Shown: positions 9,618 through 19,283, counted from the first letter of the stretch. The stretch: DNA of 64,000 nt from Candidatus Moraniibacteriota bacterium (GCA_028688415.1 JAQTYF010000001.1:464627-528626), one strand, 5' to 3'. The notes: generated by a model from the sequence alone, not told the origin. Translations and numbers: made by a program.

Positions 9618-9698
9618 AAAAAGTCTAAAAAGTTTTTAGATGATCCTTGTTAAAGCAGTTTTAACAAATGGCTCCCTAAAAAACTTTTTAGACTTTTT
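9618..9698. ncRNA. Structured hairpin element, family copy 1 (22-bp A/T-tract stem, 36-nt loop with an inner hairpin capped by GCAGT)
   Basis: The 5-prime stem aaaaagtctaaaaagtttttag pairs with the 3-prime stem ctaaaaaactttttagacttttt with a 1-nt bulge. The loop is atgatccttgttaaagcagttttaacaaatggctcc. It lies between convergent miaA and gatB and may simply act as a bidirectional terminator. Confidence 0.45.
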
Positions 9699-9712
9699 TC
9701 TTCTTCGGACTA

Positions 9713-9811
9713 CTTCAGTTTCTCTTTTAATACATCTGCTACAACTTTCGGATTGGCCCCGCCCGCAACGATTCGCAAGCGAAGCGTAGCGATTCGGGCA
9801 GGCTTTCCCCT
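9713..9811. pseudogene. Decayed, GC-rich duplicate of the gatB 3-prime end
   Basis: Minus-strand translation gives RGKPARIATLRLRIVAGGANPKVVADVLKEKLK-stop, compared with the real GatB C-terminus ..QVMSATKGKANPKIVQELLKKKLS-stop. Nucleotide similarity is about 70 percent over about 60 nt. Confidence 0.55.
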
Positions 9812-9850
9812 TTATTTTCTTTCCACCAGAGGTGGATCGGAAATTATCAG

Positions 9851-11332
9851 CTAGCTGAGTTTCTTCTTCAATAATTCCTGTACGATTTTCGGATTGGCCT
9901 TCCCTTTCGTAGCCGACATCACCTGCCCGATGAGAAACTGGAAAGCATTCTGCTTGCCGGCGCGATAATCAGCCACTGATTTTTCGTTGGCAGAAAGTAC
10001 TGACGAGACAATCGTCTCCAATTCTGAAGTATCGCTCATCTGAGACAGATTCAATCGTTCGATAATATGCGATGGATCATTATCTCCTCCTTTGTACATT
10101 TCCGCAAGTACTGTCTGAGCAGCACTGGAGTTTATTTTTCCTTCGGCGACAATGCCAATGAATTCTGCGTAGTTTTCTGGCGTAATTTTGATATTCGTAA
10201 TATCTTCTCCGTGCTCTGTAAAATATTTTCGTAACTCAGTGAGGACATAATTGGAAGCGAGTTTCATCGCGCGCTCAAATGGCACGGTGACTTCTCGAGA
10301 CTTGACCTTCTCAGCAAGTTCACTCGCTACTGCTTCAAAATAATTTGCGAGATGATGATCGTCTGTCAGTGTCACTACATCCGCGAGAGGGAGACCATAT
10401 TCCGTCACAAACCGATGAAGCTTCGCATCAGGCAATTCGGGCAGTGTCGCACGCAACTTCTCTACGTATTCTGAATCAAATTCAAACGGAGGAATATCTG
10501 GTTCCGGGAAATATCGATAGTCATGAGCAGATTCTTTCTTCCGCTGAGAAACAGTGAGATTTTTTGCCTCGTCCCATCCTCTGGTTTCCTGTACGAGTTT
10601 TTCTCCTGCCTCAAGCACGCTCGTCTGTCTTACAATCTCATATTCGATAGCACGTTCGACAGAACGAAATGAATTGATATTTTTCACTTCTACTTTGGTA
10701 CCAGACAATCGATCCGCTCCATCGGGATAAAGTGAGATATTCACCTCACAACGCATCTGACCCTTTTCCATATCAGCATCTGATACATCGAGATAGCGAA
10801 GTGTCTGACGGAGTTTCTGACAGAATAATCGCACATCTTTCCCTGTCGAAAAATCAGCTTCGGTGACAAGCTCCATAAGTGGTACACCAGCACGGTTAAA
10901 ATCCACCAATGTGAAATGTTCTCCCGTTGGATGCATCGACTTTCCTGTATCTTCTTCGAGATGGATACGAGTAATACGAAATGATTTCTTGGTCTCACCA
11001 TCTTCTATTTCCATCACTCCGTGTTCACAAAACGGTTCATCGTACTGAGAAATTTGATACCCCTTTGGAATATCTGGATAGAAGTAATTCTTTCGATCAA
11101 ATTTGGAATTGAGACGAAGTGTACAGCTCAAAGCGAGACCGACGCGCTGGACCGCTTCTATCGCTTTGCGATTCGGCACAGGAAGAGTTCCTGGTTGAGC
11201 AGTACAGACAGGACAAATATTGACATTTGGTACCGTCTCCACGCCGAGTCCATTTTTGCACGCACAAAACATCTTGGAAGCTGTTTTCAGCTCTGCATGA
11301 ATTTCCATTCCTATCGTAACGTTGTATTTCAT
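9851..11332 (-). CDS. gatB: Asp/Glu-tRNA amidotransferase subunit B
   Basis: MKYNVTIGMEIHAELKTASKMFC.. N-terminus with a full-length GatB/GatE fold. The ORF extends to 11350; the likely start is MKYNV. Confidence 0.9.
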   Translation of the reverse strand: MKYNVTIGMEIHAELKTASKMFCACKNGLGVETVPNVNICPVCTAQPGTLPVPNRKAIEAVQRVGLALSCTLRLNSKFDRKNYFYPDIPKGYQISQYDEPFCEHGVMEIEDGETKKSFRITRIHLEEDTGKSMHPTGEHFTLVDFNRAGVPLMELVTEADFSTGKDVRLFCQKLRQTLRYLDVSDADMEKGQMRCEVNISLYPDGADRLSGTKVEVKNINSFRSVERAIEYEIVRQTSVLEAGEKLVQETRGWDEAKNLTVSQRKKESAHDYRYFPEPDIPPFEFDSEYVEKLRATLPELPDAKLHRFVTEYGLPLADVVTLTDDHHLANYFEAVASELAEKVKSREVTVPFERAMKLASNYVLTELRKYFTEHGEDITNIKITPENYAEFIGIVAEGKINSSAAQTVLAEMYKGGDNDPSHIIERLNLSQMSDTSELETIVSSVLSANEKSVADYRAGKQNAFQFLIGQVMSATKGKANPKIVQELLKKKLS

Positions 11333-11433
11333 AAAGATATTGAGAAACACTCTTCAATTAAACAAATTCTTACACATCAATTCTAACACCATCTGCATAT
11401 TCTCTCAATCTCTCATCTTTCTCTACGAACACT

Positions 11434-11988
11434 CTACATCTCCAGTTTTTTCACCATTTCATCCACCTGTGCATAGAGTTCTTCGAGCGTTCCATCATTA
11501 TTGATGACGAAATCAGCACGTTCTTTCAAGGCACGAATCTGCGTTTCTGATTCGAGCAATGCATCTTTCTCAAATTGTGCTTCTGTCTTGATGGTGTCAT
11601 CAGTATTCTGATGTCTCTGAATCAATCGTTTGTATCGTGCTTCAGGAGAAGTCTCCACATAGACAAAATAGAAATGTTCTTCATTTTCCAAATGGATGAT
11701 ATCTGGTGATCGACGTATACCATCGACAACAACGAGTTTGTTTTCACTTTTTTCTGCCTCTGCCAATATCACCCGAGAAAATATATCCTCTCCAAAAGCT
11801 TTTCGAAGATGGAGAGAAAGTTTTGCCATATTCTCTCGATTTTGCTCCAGATACAATCGATCGAGCATATCTCGGAGTGGTTGCGAAAAACGAAGCGAGG
11901 ATGCCTGATATTTCTCTACCATATATTTTCCTACTGTATCTTTGCCGGATGCTATTTCTCCTGAAATACCCAAAATAATTTTCTGCAT
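11434..11988 (-). CDS. P-loop deoxynucleoside monophosphate kinase-like protein
   Basis: KIILGISGEIASGKDTVGKYM resembles the N-terminus of T4 dNMP kinase and CoaE. It sits in the thymidylate gene cluster. Confidence 0.5.
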   Translation of the reverse strand: MQKIILGISGEIASGKDTVGKYMVEKYQASSLRFSQPLRDMLDRLYLEQNRENMAKLSLHLRKAFGEDIFSRVILAEAEKSENKLVVVDGIRRSPDIIHLENEEHFYFVYVETSPEARYKRLIQRHQNTDDTIKTEAQFEKDALLESETQIRALKERADFVINNDGTLEELYAQVDEMVKKLEM

Positions 11989-12008
11989 ACAACTCTTTTT
12001 CTTATAAA

Positions 12009-12497
12009 TTAATTCCTCTCTCGCACAACAAATGAAAATGTATATTGACCATTATTCTGTTTTTCTTCACTCACTACTTTTGTAAAGTCGCTATAATCAG
12101 GGAAAAATGTATCAGCATCATGAACACCCACTACTTCTGTCACATACAAACGGTCAACAATGGGCAAAAATTGTTTATAGATACTCGCCCCACCGATAAT
12201 AAAAATTTCTTCTGATTCGTGCTCTTTGGCAACACTCAAAGCCTCATCAATAGAACGAACTACGAAACATCCTTCGGGCGCAAACTCTGGTGTCAACGAG
12301 AGAATGATATTCGTACGATTTGGAAGCGGTCGTCCGATAGAATGATAGGTATTTTCCCCCATCACTACGGTATGACTGGTCGTCAATTCTTTGAAGTGTT
12401 TCAGATCTTCTGGGATGTGCCACAAAAGCTGGTTATCTTTTCCGATAGCCCGCTTTTCATCTACTGCAACGATAATACTCAGCCTAGGCTTTGTCAT
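12009..12497 (-). CDS. folA: Dihydrofolate reductase
   Basis: IVAVDEKRAIGKDNQLLWHIPEDLKHFKELT...VVMGENTYHSIGRPLPNR. Confidence 0.9.
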   Translation of the reverse strand: MTKPRLSIIVAVDEKRAIGKDNQLLWHIPEDLKHFKELTTSHTVVMGENTYHSIGRPLPNRTNIILSLTPEFAPEGCFVVRSIDEALSVAKEHESEEIFIIGGASIYKQFLPIVDRLYVTEVVGVHDADTFFPDYSDFTKVVSEEKQNNGQYTFSFVVRERN

Positions 12498-12558
12498 AGA
12501 ATGCTTTTATTTCTTATAGTCACAAAAAATGGAACGAATAATATTAAAAACTTTTTAT

Positions 12559-12639
12559 ATTCAGGAGCAAGAATTTTTAGATAAACCCGTCCGAAGCAGT
12601 TTCGCCCAATGGTTTTCTAAAAAATTCTTGCTCCTGAAT
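12559..12639. ncRNA. Structured hairpin element, family copy 2
   Basis: Stem attcaggagcaagaatttttag pairs with ctaaaaaattcttgctcctgaat, with the same 1-nt T-run asymmetry as copy 1. The 36-nt loop is ataaacccgtccgaagcagtttcgcccaatggtttt. It lies between thyA and folA. Confidence 0.45.
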
Positions 12640-12723
12640 TCTCTCCTTACTGTAAATACTTTTTTTATTTTTAAGTATTCTCCTTCAAAAATTATAGTTT
12701 ACAATGACTGGACGTTGTAAATA

Positions 12724-13740
12724 TTATTTCACTTTCTTCTCAAACCCACCGATATTCGCAATTTCTCCTCGAATAGCAGGATGTGGATCATAGCCTTCGA
12801 TGATGATGTCTTCAAACACGAAATCATCGATATTTTTTCTTTCTGGATTGAGTGTCAATTTCGGGAATGGTCGCGGTTCACGAGTGAGCTGCTCTTTCAC
12901 CTGGTCGAAATGATTGCTATAGATGTGTGCATCACCAAAAAAGTGTACAAATTCCCCTGGTTTGAATCCTGTCACCTGTGCCACCATATGGAGCAACAAC
13001 GCATAACTCGCAATGTTGAACGGTACGCCGAGGAAAGTATCTGCACTTCGTTGGTAGAGTCCGAGATTGAGCGTATCATTCCCTGTTACCTGAAATTGGA
13101 ATGTTGTATGACAAAATGGTGGGACCTCATTCTCATTACCTGCTGACGCCATTGCATAGATGAAATCCGGATTCCATGCAGAAATAACATAGGATTTGCG
13201 AAACGGTTTGTCTTTCAGTCCATCGATAACCCAACCGAGTTGATCGATTTCTCTCCCGTCACTCGCTGGCCAACGTCGCCACATTCGTCCATAAATAGTG
13301 ATGAGATCACCCCATTCTCGCACAAAAGCATCATCTTCCGGAAGCGATTTCAATTTTTCAATAAACTCTTTCTGTTCCATCTGAGGAAGTCCTGTAGCAA
13401 GAGCTTGTTTGTTATACCGTTTCCATGCCCACTCGTCCCAGATATGAACATCGTTGTCGACGAGGTATTTAATATTCGAATCCCCCTTGAGAAACCAGAG
13501 GAGTTCATGAATGATACCCCGATGAAAGACCTTCTTGGTCGTGAGAAGAGGAAATCCGTCAGCCATATCATATCGCATCGAGTACCCAAAAACAGAACGG
13601 ATAGAAGGCGGTGTCACTCCTCGCTCTTTGTATTGCGCCAAAATTTCTTTCGTGAAGAATACTTCTTTGTCCGATCCTTTTTCGAGAATCGTTTTCACCA
13701 TATCGAGATATTGATATTCAGGATGTCGTTTTGTTTCCAT
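12724..13740 (-). CDS. thyA: Thymidylate synthase (long form)
   Basis: [29 protein letters not shown] and the remaining ThyA core motifs. Confidence 0.9.
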   Translation of the reverse strand: METKRHPEYQYLDMVKTILEKGSDKEVFFTKEILAQYKERGVTPPSIRSVFGYSMRYDMADGFPLLTTKKVFHRGIIHELLWFLKGDSNIKYLVDNDVHIWDEWAWKRYNKQALATGLPQMEQKEFIEKLKSLPEDDAFVREWGDLITIYGRMWRRWPASDGREIDQLGWVIDGLKDKPFRKSYVISAWNPDFIYAMASAGNENEVPPFCHTTFQFQVTGNDTLNLGLYQRSADTFLGVPFNIASYALLLHMVAQVTGFKPGEFVHFFGDAHIYSNHFDQVKEQLTREPRPFPKLTLNPERKNIDDFVFEDIIIEGYDPHPAIRGEIANIGGFEKKVK

Positions 13741-13758
13741 AGATGGTTTCGAAAAATA

Positions 13759-14319
13759 TTATTTCTTCTTTGCCTCACGTTTCTTTTCTGGTTGGAAATG
13801 TTTCCAATTGTTTTTACTGAAACGACCTACTTTTTTGTAGTTATTCTCTACAGGACTCGTCAGTGTCGAAAAAACAAACTGCGCTATTTGCATACCAGGA
13901 CGGAGGACGAGTGGTACACGATTGATATTCGATAATTCGAGAGTAAGATTCAAAAAATGTCCTGGGTTGATGAGCCCGGCGGTATTGTGTACGACGAGAC
14001 CGACACGAGCGAGACTGCTTTTTCCAGAAATTTGTATGAGGTATTTGTCACTTCCGACGAAATCACGCACTTTCCCGAGTACCGTCTCTCCAGGAAACAG
14101 ATAGAATGCCTCCCCTTCTTTCACATGATGCTCTACTGTGTGAGGGAAAACTTTTTTTACCGGATCAATAAATGGCGTATTGTGAACATCAGTCACCATA
14201 AAATCATTATCCAGAATCACATCATAACTGACCGATCCGAGACGTTTTGGATCGAAGTCTTTGATAGTAATCGTGCCGTCTTTCACTGCCTGCTTGATAT
14301 CGTGGTCAGAGAGATACAT
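13759..14319 (-). CDS. dcd: dCTP deaminase
   Basis: SYDVILDN and LIQISGKSSLARVGLVVHNTAGLINPGH. The ORF extends to 14376; the start is taken at MYLSDHDI. Confidence 0.8.
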   Translation of the reverse strand: MYLSDHDIKQAVKDGTITIKDFDPKRLGSVSYDVILDNDFMVTDVHNTPFIDPVKKVFPHTVEHHVKEGEAFYLFPGETVLGKVRDFVGSDKYLIQISGKSSLARVGLVVHNTAGLINPGHFLNLTLELSNINRVPLVLRPGMQIAQFVFSTLTSPVENNYKKVGRFSKNNWKHFQPEKKREAKKK

Positions 14320-14330
14320 AAAGGGATGTA

Positions 14331-15014
14331 TTAGGAAATAGTAAATGTCTTGTCGGTGCCATAGTACTCTGACCAATGTTCATTGTAATACGCGAACATA
14401 CGCTCGAGTCGGTCTTGTGACAATTCCTCGATACCAAGTGTTTCCATGAGTGTCCGGAGATCACGCTTCACCTGTTCTGCGGAAGTACCATCTGTCACTA
14501 TTTTTTCCAATTCTACTACATATCCGTAACCAGCATTTCTATCAATACAAGCCGTCGTATCTTGAAAGATATATTCTCTCCGATCACGAGACCATTTGGC
14601 CTGATACGTACAACCGGCTTCGAGCAAAACTCGGTCAAGTGCTTCAAGCGATAGCTCTGGTATTTCTGCTTCAAATTCTATGCGAGCTGTACCGTTGGAA
14701 CTTGTTGTATCGTCTATAGAAGCCTTGGCGACGAACAAAACTTTTTTGTTTGCTTGTCGAGTACGGAGAGAGAGATTGTTTCCTTCGTTCAGCACCTTCT
14801 TAAATGCTTCGATTTTCTTTTTGGCAATATGAGAAGTAAGAGCGATACATATCTTCTCACCATCTCCACCGACAAAATAATGATTGAGTTGGGAGCTTTT
14901 TGAAACGAGCTTCGTCGATGGATCAATACTCTGCATTTTTTGTATTAGATTGTTGGCATTTTCTTCACTACCGAGGAGAGATTTGATCTCTATTTCATAT
15001 TGCTGTACGGTCAT
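14331..15014 (-). CDS. CYTH-domain protein (triphosphate tunnel metalloenzyme family)
   Basis: N-terminal YEIEIKSLL and EFEAEIPE acidic strand motifs typical of CYTH proteins; about 227 aa. Confidence 0.55.
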   Translation of the reverse strand: MTVQQYEIEIKSLLGSEENANNLIQKMQSIDPSTKLVSKSSQLNHYFVGGDGEKICIALTSHIAKKKIEAFKKVLNEGNNLSLRTRQANKKVLFVAKASIDDTTSSNGTARIEFEAEIPELSLEALDRVLLEAGCTYQAKWSRDRREYIFQDTTACIDRNAGYGYVVELEKIVTDGTSAEQVKRDLRTLMETLGIEELSQDRLERMFAYYNEHWSEYYGTDKTFTIS

Positions 15015-15144
15015 AGTTTTCTTGAAAAAAGCAATTTAACACCCCTTTAGTATATCATATCTTCTTCTGATAAAGAAAACTCAAAAATGATATACCTTTC
15101 TACAAAAAACAGACCATTGCTGGTCTGTTTGGAGTCGAAATATA

Positions 15145-15834
15145 TTACAACTTGATTGGGAGGCTCGGACTCATTGTAGAACACAAAAAGAGAGATTTCA
15201 CAAACTTTCCTTTCATGTTTTCTGGCTTGGAGCGATCAAGGGTTTCACGAAACATCGTATAGTTCTCGAGCAATGCCTCAGGAGTAAAAGACGTTTTTCC
15301 GATAACCTGATGGATATTTCCTGTGTCATCGTTTTTGAAACTCACTTTTTTCCCTTTTTTGAGCATCTCTACTGTTTCTTTGATCTTTGGAGTGACAGTC
15401 TCTGTCTTTGGGCTTGGCATCACACCTTTTTGTCCGAGAATTTTGGCTACGAGAGCAAGCTTTGGCATCATTTCAGGCGTTGCGAGCAATACATCGAAAT
15501 CTTGGCCAGGAACGATTTTCCCATTCTTGATATCAGCAATCAATTCTTCTCCACCGATGAGGTCGGCTTTTGCTTCTTCTGCTTCTTTCTGCTTCGTACT
15601 GGTGATGACCGCTACTTTTTTACTACGACCCGTTCCTTGTGGCAGGATAAGGGTGACACGCACCATTTCATCTGATTTCTTGGTATTGATACCGAGATGA
15701 GCGTGTACTTCAATAGCTTCATCGAATTTCGTCATTTTGTGTGACTGCAAAAAAGCAAAAGCTTCTTCTGGGGTGTATGCCTTCTCTGCTTCTACTTGAG
15801 TGGCGACTCCTGTGTATTTCTTTCCTCTGTGCAT
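15145..15834 (-). CDS. rplA: 50S ribosomal protein L1
   Basis: KKYTGVATQVEAEKAYTPEEA...LGINTKKSDEMVRVTLILPQGTG. The start is taken at MHRGKKY. Confidence 0.9.
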   Translation of the reverse strand: MHRGKKYTGVATQVEAEKAYTPEEAFAFLQSHKMTKFDEAIEVHAHLGINTKKSDEMVRVTLILPQGTGRSKKVAVITSTKQKEAEEAKADLIGGEELIADIKNGKIVPGQDFDVLLATPEMMPKLALVAKILGQKGVMPSPKTETVTPKIKETVEMLKKGKKVSFKNDDTGNIHQVIGKTSFTPEALLENYTMFRETLDRSKPENMKGKFVKSLFLCSTMSPSLPIKL

Positions 15835-15905
15835 AGTATTGTACGTGGTGCAAACGAGTTTTTCATGACTCTTCCACATAATAAAAAATTATCTTCTAAA
15901 AAACA

Positions 15906-16331
15906 CTAGTCGACTACTTTGATACCCATCGAACGAGCAGATCCAGCAATGATCTTCATCGCCTGTTCGACATCATTCGCATTCAGATCTTCCATTTTTT
16001 TCTCAGCGATTTCACGAACCTGTGCCATTGTGACAGAACCAGCCTTGTCCTTGAGCGGATTAGAGGCTCCTTTGGCGACATTGGCTGCTTTCTTGAGCAA
16101 ATCAGAAGCAGGAGAGGTCTTCAGAACGAATGTGAATGTACGATCTTCGAACACAGTGATTTCAGCTGGAACGACATCTCCCATACGATCTTGAGTAGCA
16201 GCGTTAAACTTCGAACAGAAATCCTGAATATTGAGTCCGTGCTGACCAAGAGCTGGACCAACTGGTGGAGCTGGGTTTGCTTTACCGGCAGGGATCTGCA
16301 ACTTGATAACGGTTTTTATTGCCTTTGCCAT
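15906..16331 (-). CDS. rplK: 50S ribosomal protein L11
   Basis: [35 protein letters not shown]. Confidence 0.9.
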   Translation of the reverse strand: MAKAIKTVIKLQIPAGKANPAPPVGPALGQHGLNIQDFCSKFNAATQDRMGDVVPAEITVFEDRTFTFVLKTSPASDLLKKAANVAKGASNPLKDKAGSVTMAQVREIAEKKMEDLNANDVEQAMKIIAGSARSMGIKVVD

Positions 16332-16352
16332 AATGAGTACTCTTTTGATAAA

Positions 16353-16898
16353 TTATGCTTTTCTTACTTGCAGAAAGTCCAGTTCGACAGGTGTTTCGCG
16401 ACCGAAGAGAGAAACAAACACTTTGACTTTTCCTTTCTCTTCATCTACTTCCTGGATTTTTCCATCAAAATCTTTGAATGGTCCGTCAGTGATCTTGATA
16501 GCATCGCCCACATGGACATCGATTTTGTATTTCGGTTCTGCGACACCCATACGTTTTTTGAGGGCATCGATTTCCTTAGGATCGATAGGTGTCGGGGTCG
16601 TACCAAGTCCGATGAATCCTGTCACGTTCGGAGTGTTGCGGACGACATACCACGAGGCATCAGTCACAATCATATCGACGAGCACATATCCAGGGTAGAT
16701 ACGTTCTTCGACGACGACGCGCTTCCCTCCTTTGATCTTGATCTTTTTTTCTTTGGGAACAAGGACGTCAAAAATGAGTTCTTGCATATCCATCGAATCG
16801 ATTCTTTGCTTCAGGTTACGGGTTACGTTTTCTTCGTATCCAGAATACGTATGAAGTACGTACCACGCGCGTCCGTGATGTTGTGTCTGCTTTGCCAT
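16353..16898 (-). CDS. nusG: Transcription termination/antitermination factor NusG
   Basis: WYVLHTYSGYEENV NGN domain and a C-terminal KOW (VGDAIKITDGPFKDFDGKIQEV). Confidence 0.9.
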   Translation of the reverse strand: MAKQTQHHGRAWYVLHTYSGYEENVTRNLKQRIDSMDMQELIFDVLVPKEKKIKIKGGKRVVVEERIYPGYVLVDMIVTDASWYVVRNTPNVTGFIGLGTTPTPIDPKEIDALKKRMGVAEPKYKIDVHVGDAIKITDGPFKDFDGKIQEVDEEKGKVKVFVSLFGRETPVELDFLQVRKA

Positions 16899-16953
16899 AG
16901 GAATAAAATCACCAATAACCGATCCGCTACAACGAGCGAATCAATAACTGGAC

Positions 16954-17139
16954 TTATTGAATGAGAAACTTGGTAACGAGAGTACTGAAAAAATAATCTA
17001 AACTTCCGAGGAAAAATGCGACAAAAAGACTGATGGCAATAACCAAGATGGTATACATCGTGATTTGTTTGCGAGTCGGCCAGTTCACACGCGAAAGCTC
17101 GACTTTGGCTTCACTGAGAAATGCGATCATCTTGTTCAT
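16954..17139 (-). CDS. secE: Preprotein translocase subunit SecE
   Basis: 61 aa with a single C-terminal TM helix; conserved position upstream of nusG. Confidence 0.75.
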   Translation of the reverse strand: MNKMIAFLSEAKVELSRVNWPTRKQITMYTILVIAISLFVAFFLGSLDYFFSTLVTKFLIQ

Positions 17140-17152
17140 ATCAATTTCTCTC

Positions 17153-17178
17153 TTAAAAAAAGCCCCGAGGGCTTTGTG
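17153..17178. terminator. Hairpin aagccc-cga-gggctt with flanking A/T runs
   Basis: Lies downstream of the minus-strand gene that ends at 17276. Confidence 0.4.
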
Positions 17179-17275
17179 AATATATACTATCAGAAACGGT
17201 CTGCTTTGTCAATTGACGAAATGTCTGTACTCAGAAGAAAAAAATGCCTCATATAAAGCTCCTAAGCAAATATCC

Positions 17276-17806
17276 TCAGAACAGTTCCATCTCACGGAAA
17301 AATGCTTCGTACGATTCGAGACACGACTTGGCCTCTTCACGACTCATAACAAAATCTGCTTCGTGAATGATACGATTACGAATCTGATGTGCATCGATCA
17401 ACCTTTCTCGATTCTCGATTTGTCCAGGGTGTACCGAGGCGAGTTTGTCCGCCATAGTCTCTCCTGTGTATCCCATACCAGAGACGATTTCCTCAGCAAA
17501 CGCATCCGCTTCGAGAACGGCGACCTTGTACTGGGAAGGATTGGCATCGCCGAGTCGTGCGAGAATTTTTTCCCATCGTATGATGGATTTTGATTTCGAT
17601 ATGAGGGGACGAGTGGTGCCGAACAATGTTTTCTTGATATCTCCCGATACACCGCGCAGAATGAGAAGCATCACAACATCAGCAAATAACACAACGACAT
17701 AAACGAAAAGAAAAAACTTGATTGCTTTGACGACAATAGAGGCAGAAAGAAAAATATTCAAATTTTTCCAAAAATCCAACGCGAGAGCGAGCCAATCAAT
17801 TTCCAT
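17276..17806 (-). CDS. Hypothetical membrane-anchored protein
   Basis: N-terminal TM segments with a soluble C-terminal domain; no recognisable family. Confidence 0.4.
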   Translation of the reverse strand: MEIDWLALALDFWKNLNIFLSASIVVKAIKFFLFVYVVVLFADVVMLLILRGVSGDIKKTLFGTTRPLISKSKSIIRWEKILARLGDANPSQYKVAVLEADAFAEEIVSGMGYTGETMADKLASVHPGQIENRERLIDAHQIRNRIIHEADFVMSREEAKSCLESYEAFFREMELF

Positions 17807-17814
17807 AAACGTTT

Positions 17815-19275
17815 TTATTTACTTTTTTTGTATTCTTTCTCGAACGCATCCGCCATACAAAGAAGGGTTTCTTCATCGAACCATTTTCCCTGGAGTTGTC
17901 CTCCTATAGGGAGTTCTTTTCCTTCTTCAGTCACTGTACCGATAGGAAAAGAAATCGCTGGCACCCCTGTCAGATTGGCGGTGATGGTATAGATATCGCC
18001 GAGATACATTTTGATTGGATCAGCGGATTTGTCTCCGATCTTGAATGCTGGCTCAGGAGCGGTCGGAGAAAAAATAAAATCTACTTGTTCGAACGCTTTT
18101 TCGAAATCTTGTTTGAGGAGTGCACGTACTTTCTGTGCCTTGAGATAATACGCATCATAGTATCCTGCTGACAGACTATAGGTACCGAGCATGATACGAC
18201 GTTTCACTTCTGGGCCAAACCCATGACGACGCGTATCGAGATACGTCTCGAGGAGTGTGCTCGTCTGTTCCGCCGAATCCTTCTCATCATTGATAGAAAG
18301 TCCATAACGAATACCATCATAACGAGCGAAGTTTGAACTCACTTCACACGGCTGAATGATATAGTAGGTCGGAAGAGCATACGAACTGTGAGGAAGTGAT
18401 ATCTCGATAATTTCCACACCGAGAGCGGTAAAATGTTTGATCGCAGTATCACAGAGTGCTCGAATTCTCGGATCGAGATCGGAAGAAAAATATTCTTTGG
18501 GAATACCAATTTTCTTCCCACGCACATCACCTCCGAGATAGTCCTCGTATTTCTTCTCATGTCCACTGTCAGCAGTGGTCGCATCGTGTGGATCGTGTCC
18601 GGCAATACGAGAGAGGACTATAGCGACATCTTCTACTGTTTGTCCGATGGGACCAATCTGATCCAGACTCGATGCTCCTGCCATCAACCCATAACGACTC
18701 ACTCTACCATATGTTGGTTTCAGTCCGACGACACCGCAGAAAGAAGCTGGCTGACGGATAGAACCACCTGTATCTGATCCGAGTGCCCACACCGCCTCTC
18801 CTGCTGCAACAGCCGCAGCTGATCCTCCTGATGTCCCTCCTGGCACACGAGTGAGATCATGAGGATTTTTAGTAATCTGATAGGCGCTATTTTCTGTCGA
18901 AGAACCGAGAGCAAATTCGTCCATATTGGTCTTTCCGAGTACTGACACGTGTACTGATTTCAGTTTGGCGATGACTGTTGCGTCATATGGAGCGATGTAG
19001 TTATCGAGAATTTTGGAAGCCGATGTCGTACGAATACCTTCAATCAAAATATTGTCTTTGATAGCTCCAGGGATACCTGCGAGAAGATCAATTGTTTCTC
19101 CGCGTTTCAATTGCTCATCGACAAAAGAAGCCTCCTTGAGCATCTGTTCTTCGAGCACGGTCAAATAAGCAAGAATCTCACCATCTTTTTCTTTGATGAT
19201 TTTCAGATACTGCTTGGCCAGATCAACCGCAGTGATTTCCCCTGCAACAAGTTTGTTGTGTAATAGACGAATCAT
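17815..19275 (-). CDS. gatA: Glu-tRNA(Gln) amidotransferase subunit A
   Basis: Amidase signature GGSSGGSAAAVAAGE; 486 aa. Confidence 0.9.
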   Translation of the reverse strand: MIRLLHNKLVAGEITAVDLAKQYLKIIKEKDGEILAYLTVLEEQMLKEASFVDEQLKRGETIDLLAGIPGAIKDNILIEGIRTTSASKILDNYIAPYDATVIAKLKSVHVSVLGKTNMDEFALGSSTENSAYQITKNPHDLTRVPGGTSGGSAAAVAAGEAVWALGSDTGGSIRQPASFCGVVGLKPTYGRVSRYGLMAGASSLDQIGPIGQTVEDVAIVLSRIAGHDPHDATTADSGHEKKYEDYLGGDVRGKKIGIPKEYFSSDLDPRIRALCDTAIKHFTALGVEIIEISLPHSSYALPTYYIIQPCEVSSNFARYDGIRYGLSINDEKDSAEQTSTLLETYLDTRRHGFGPEVKRRIMLGTYSLSAGYYDAYYLKAQKVRALLKQDFEKAFEQVDFIFSPTAPEPAFKIGDKSADPIKMYLGDIYTITANLTGVPAISFPIGTVTEEGKELPIGGQLQGKWFDEETLLCMADAFEKEYKKSK

Positions 19276-19283
19276 ACGAACAT

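Noticed and set aside
9287-9628. 113-aa ORF downstream of miaA
   Set aside because: It overlaps the miaA 3-prime end and runs into the hairpin element. It is low-complexity with no homolog features and is probably not a gene.
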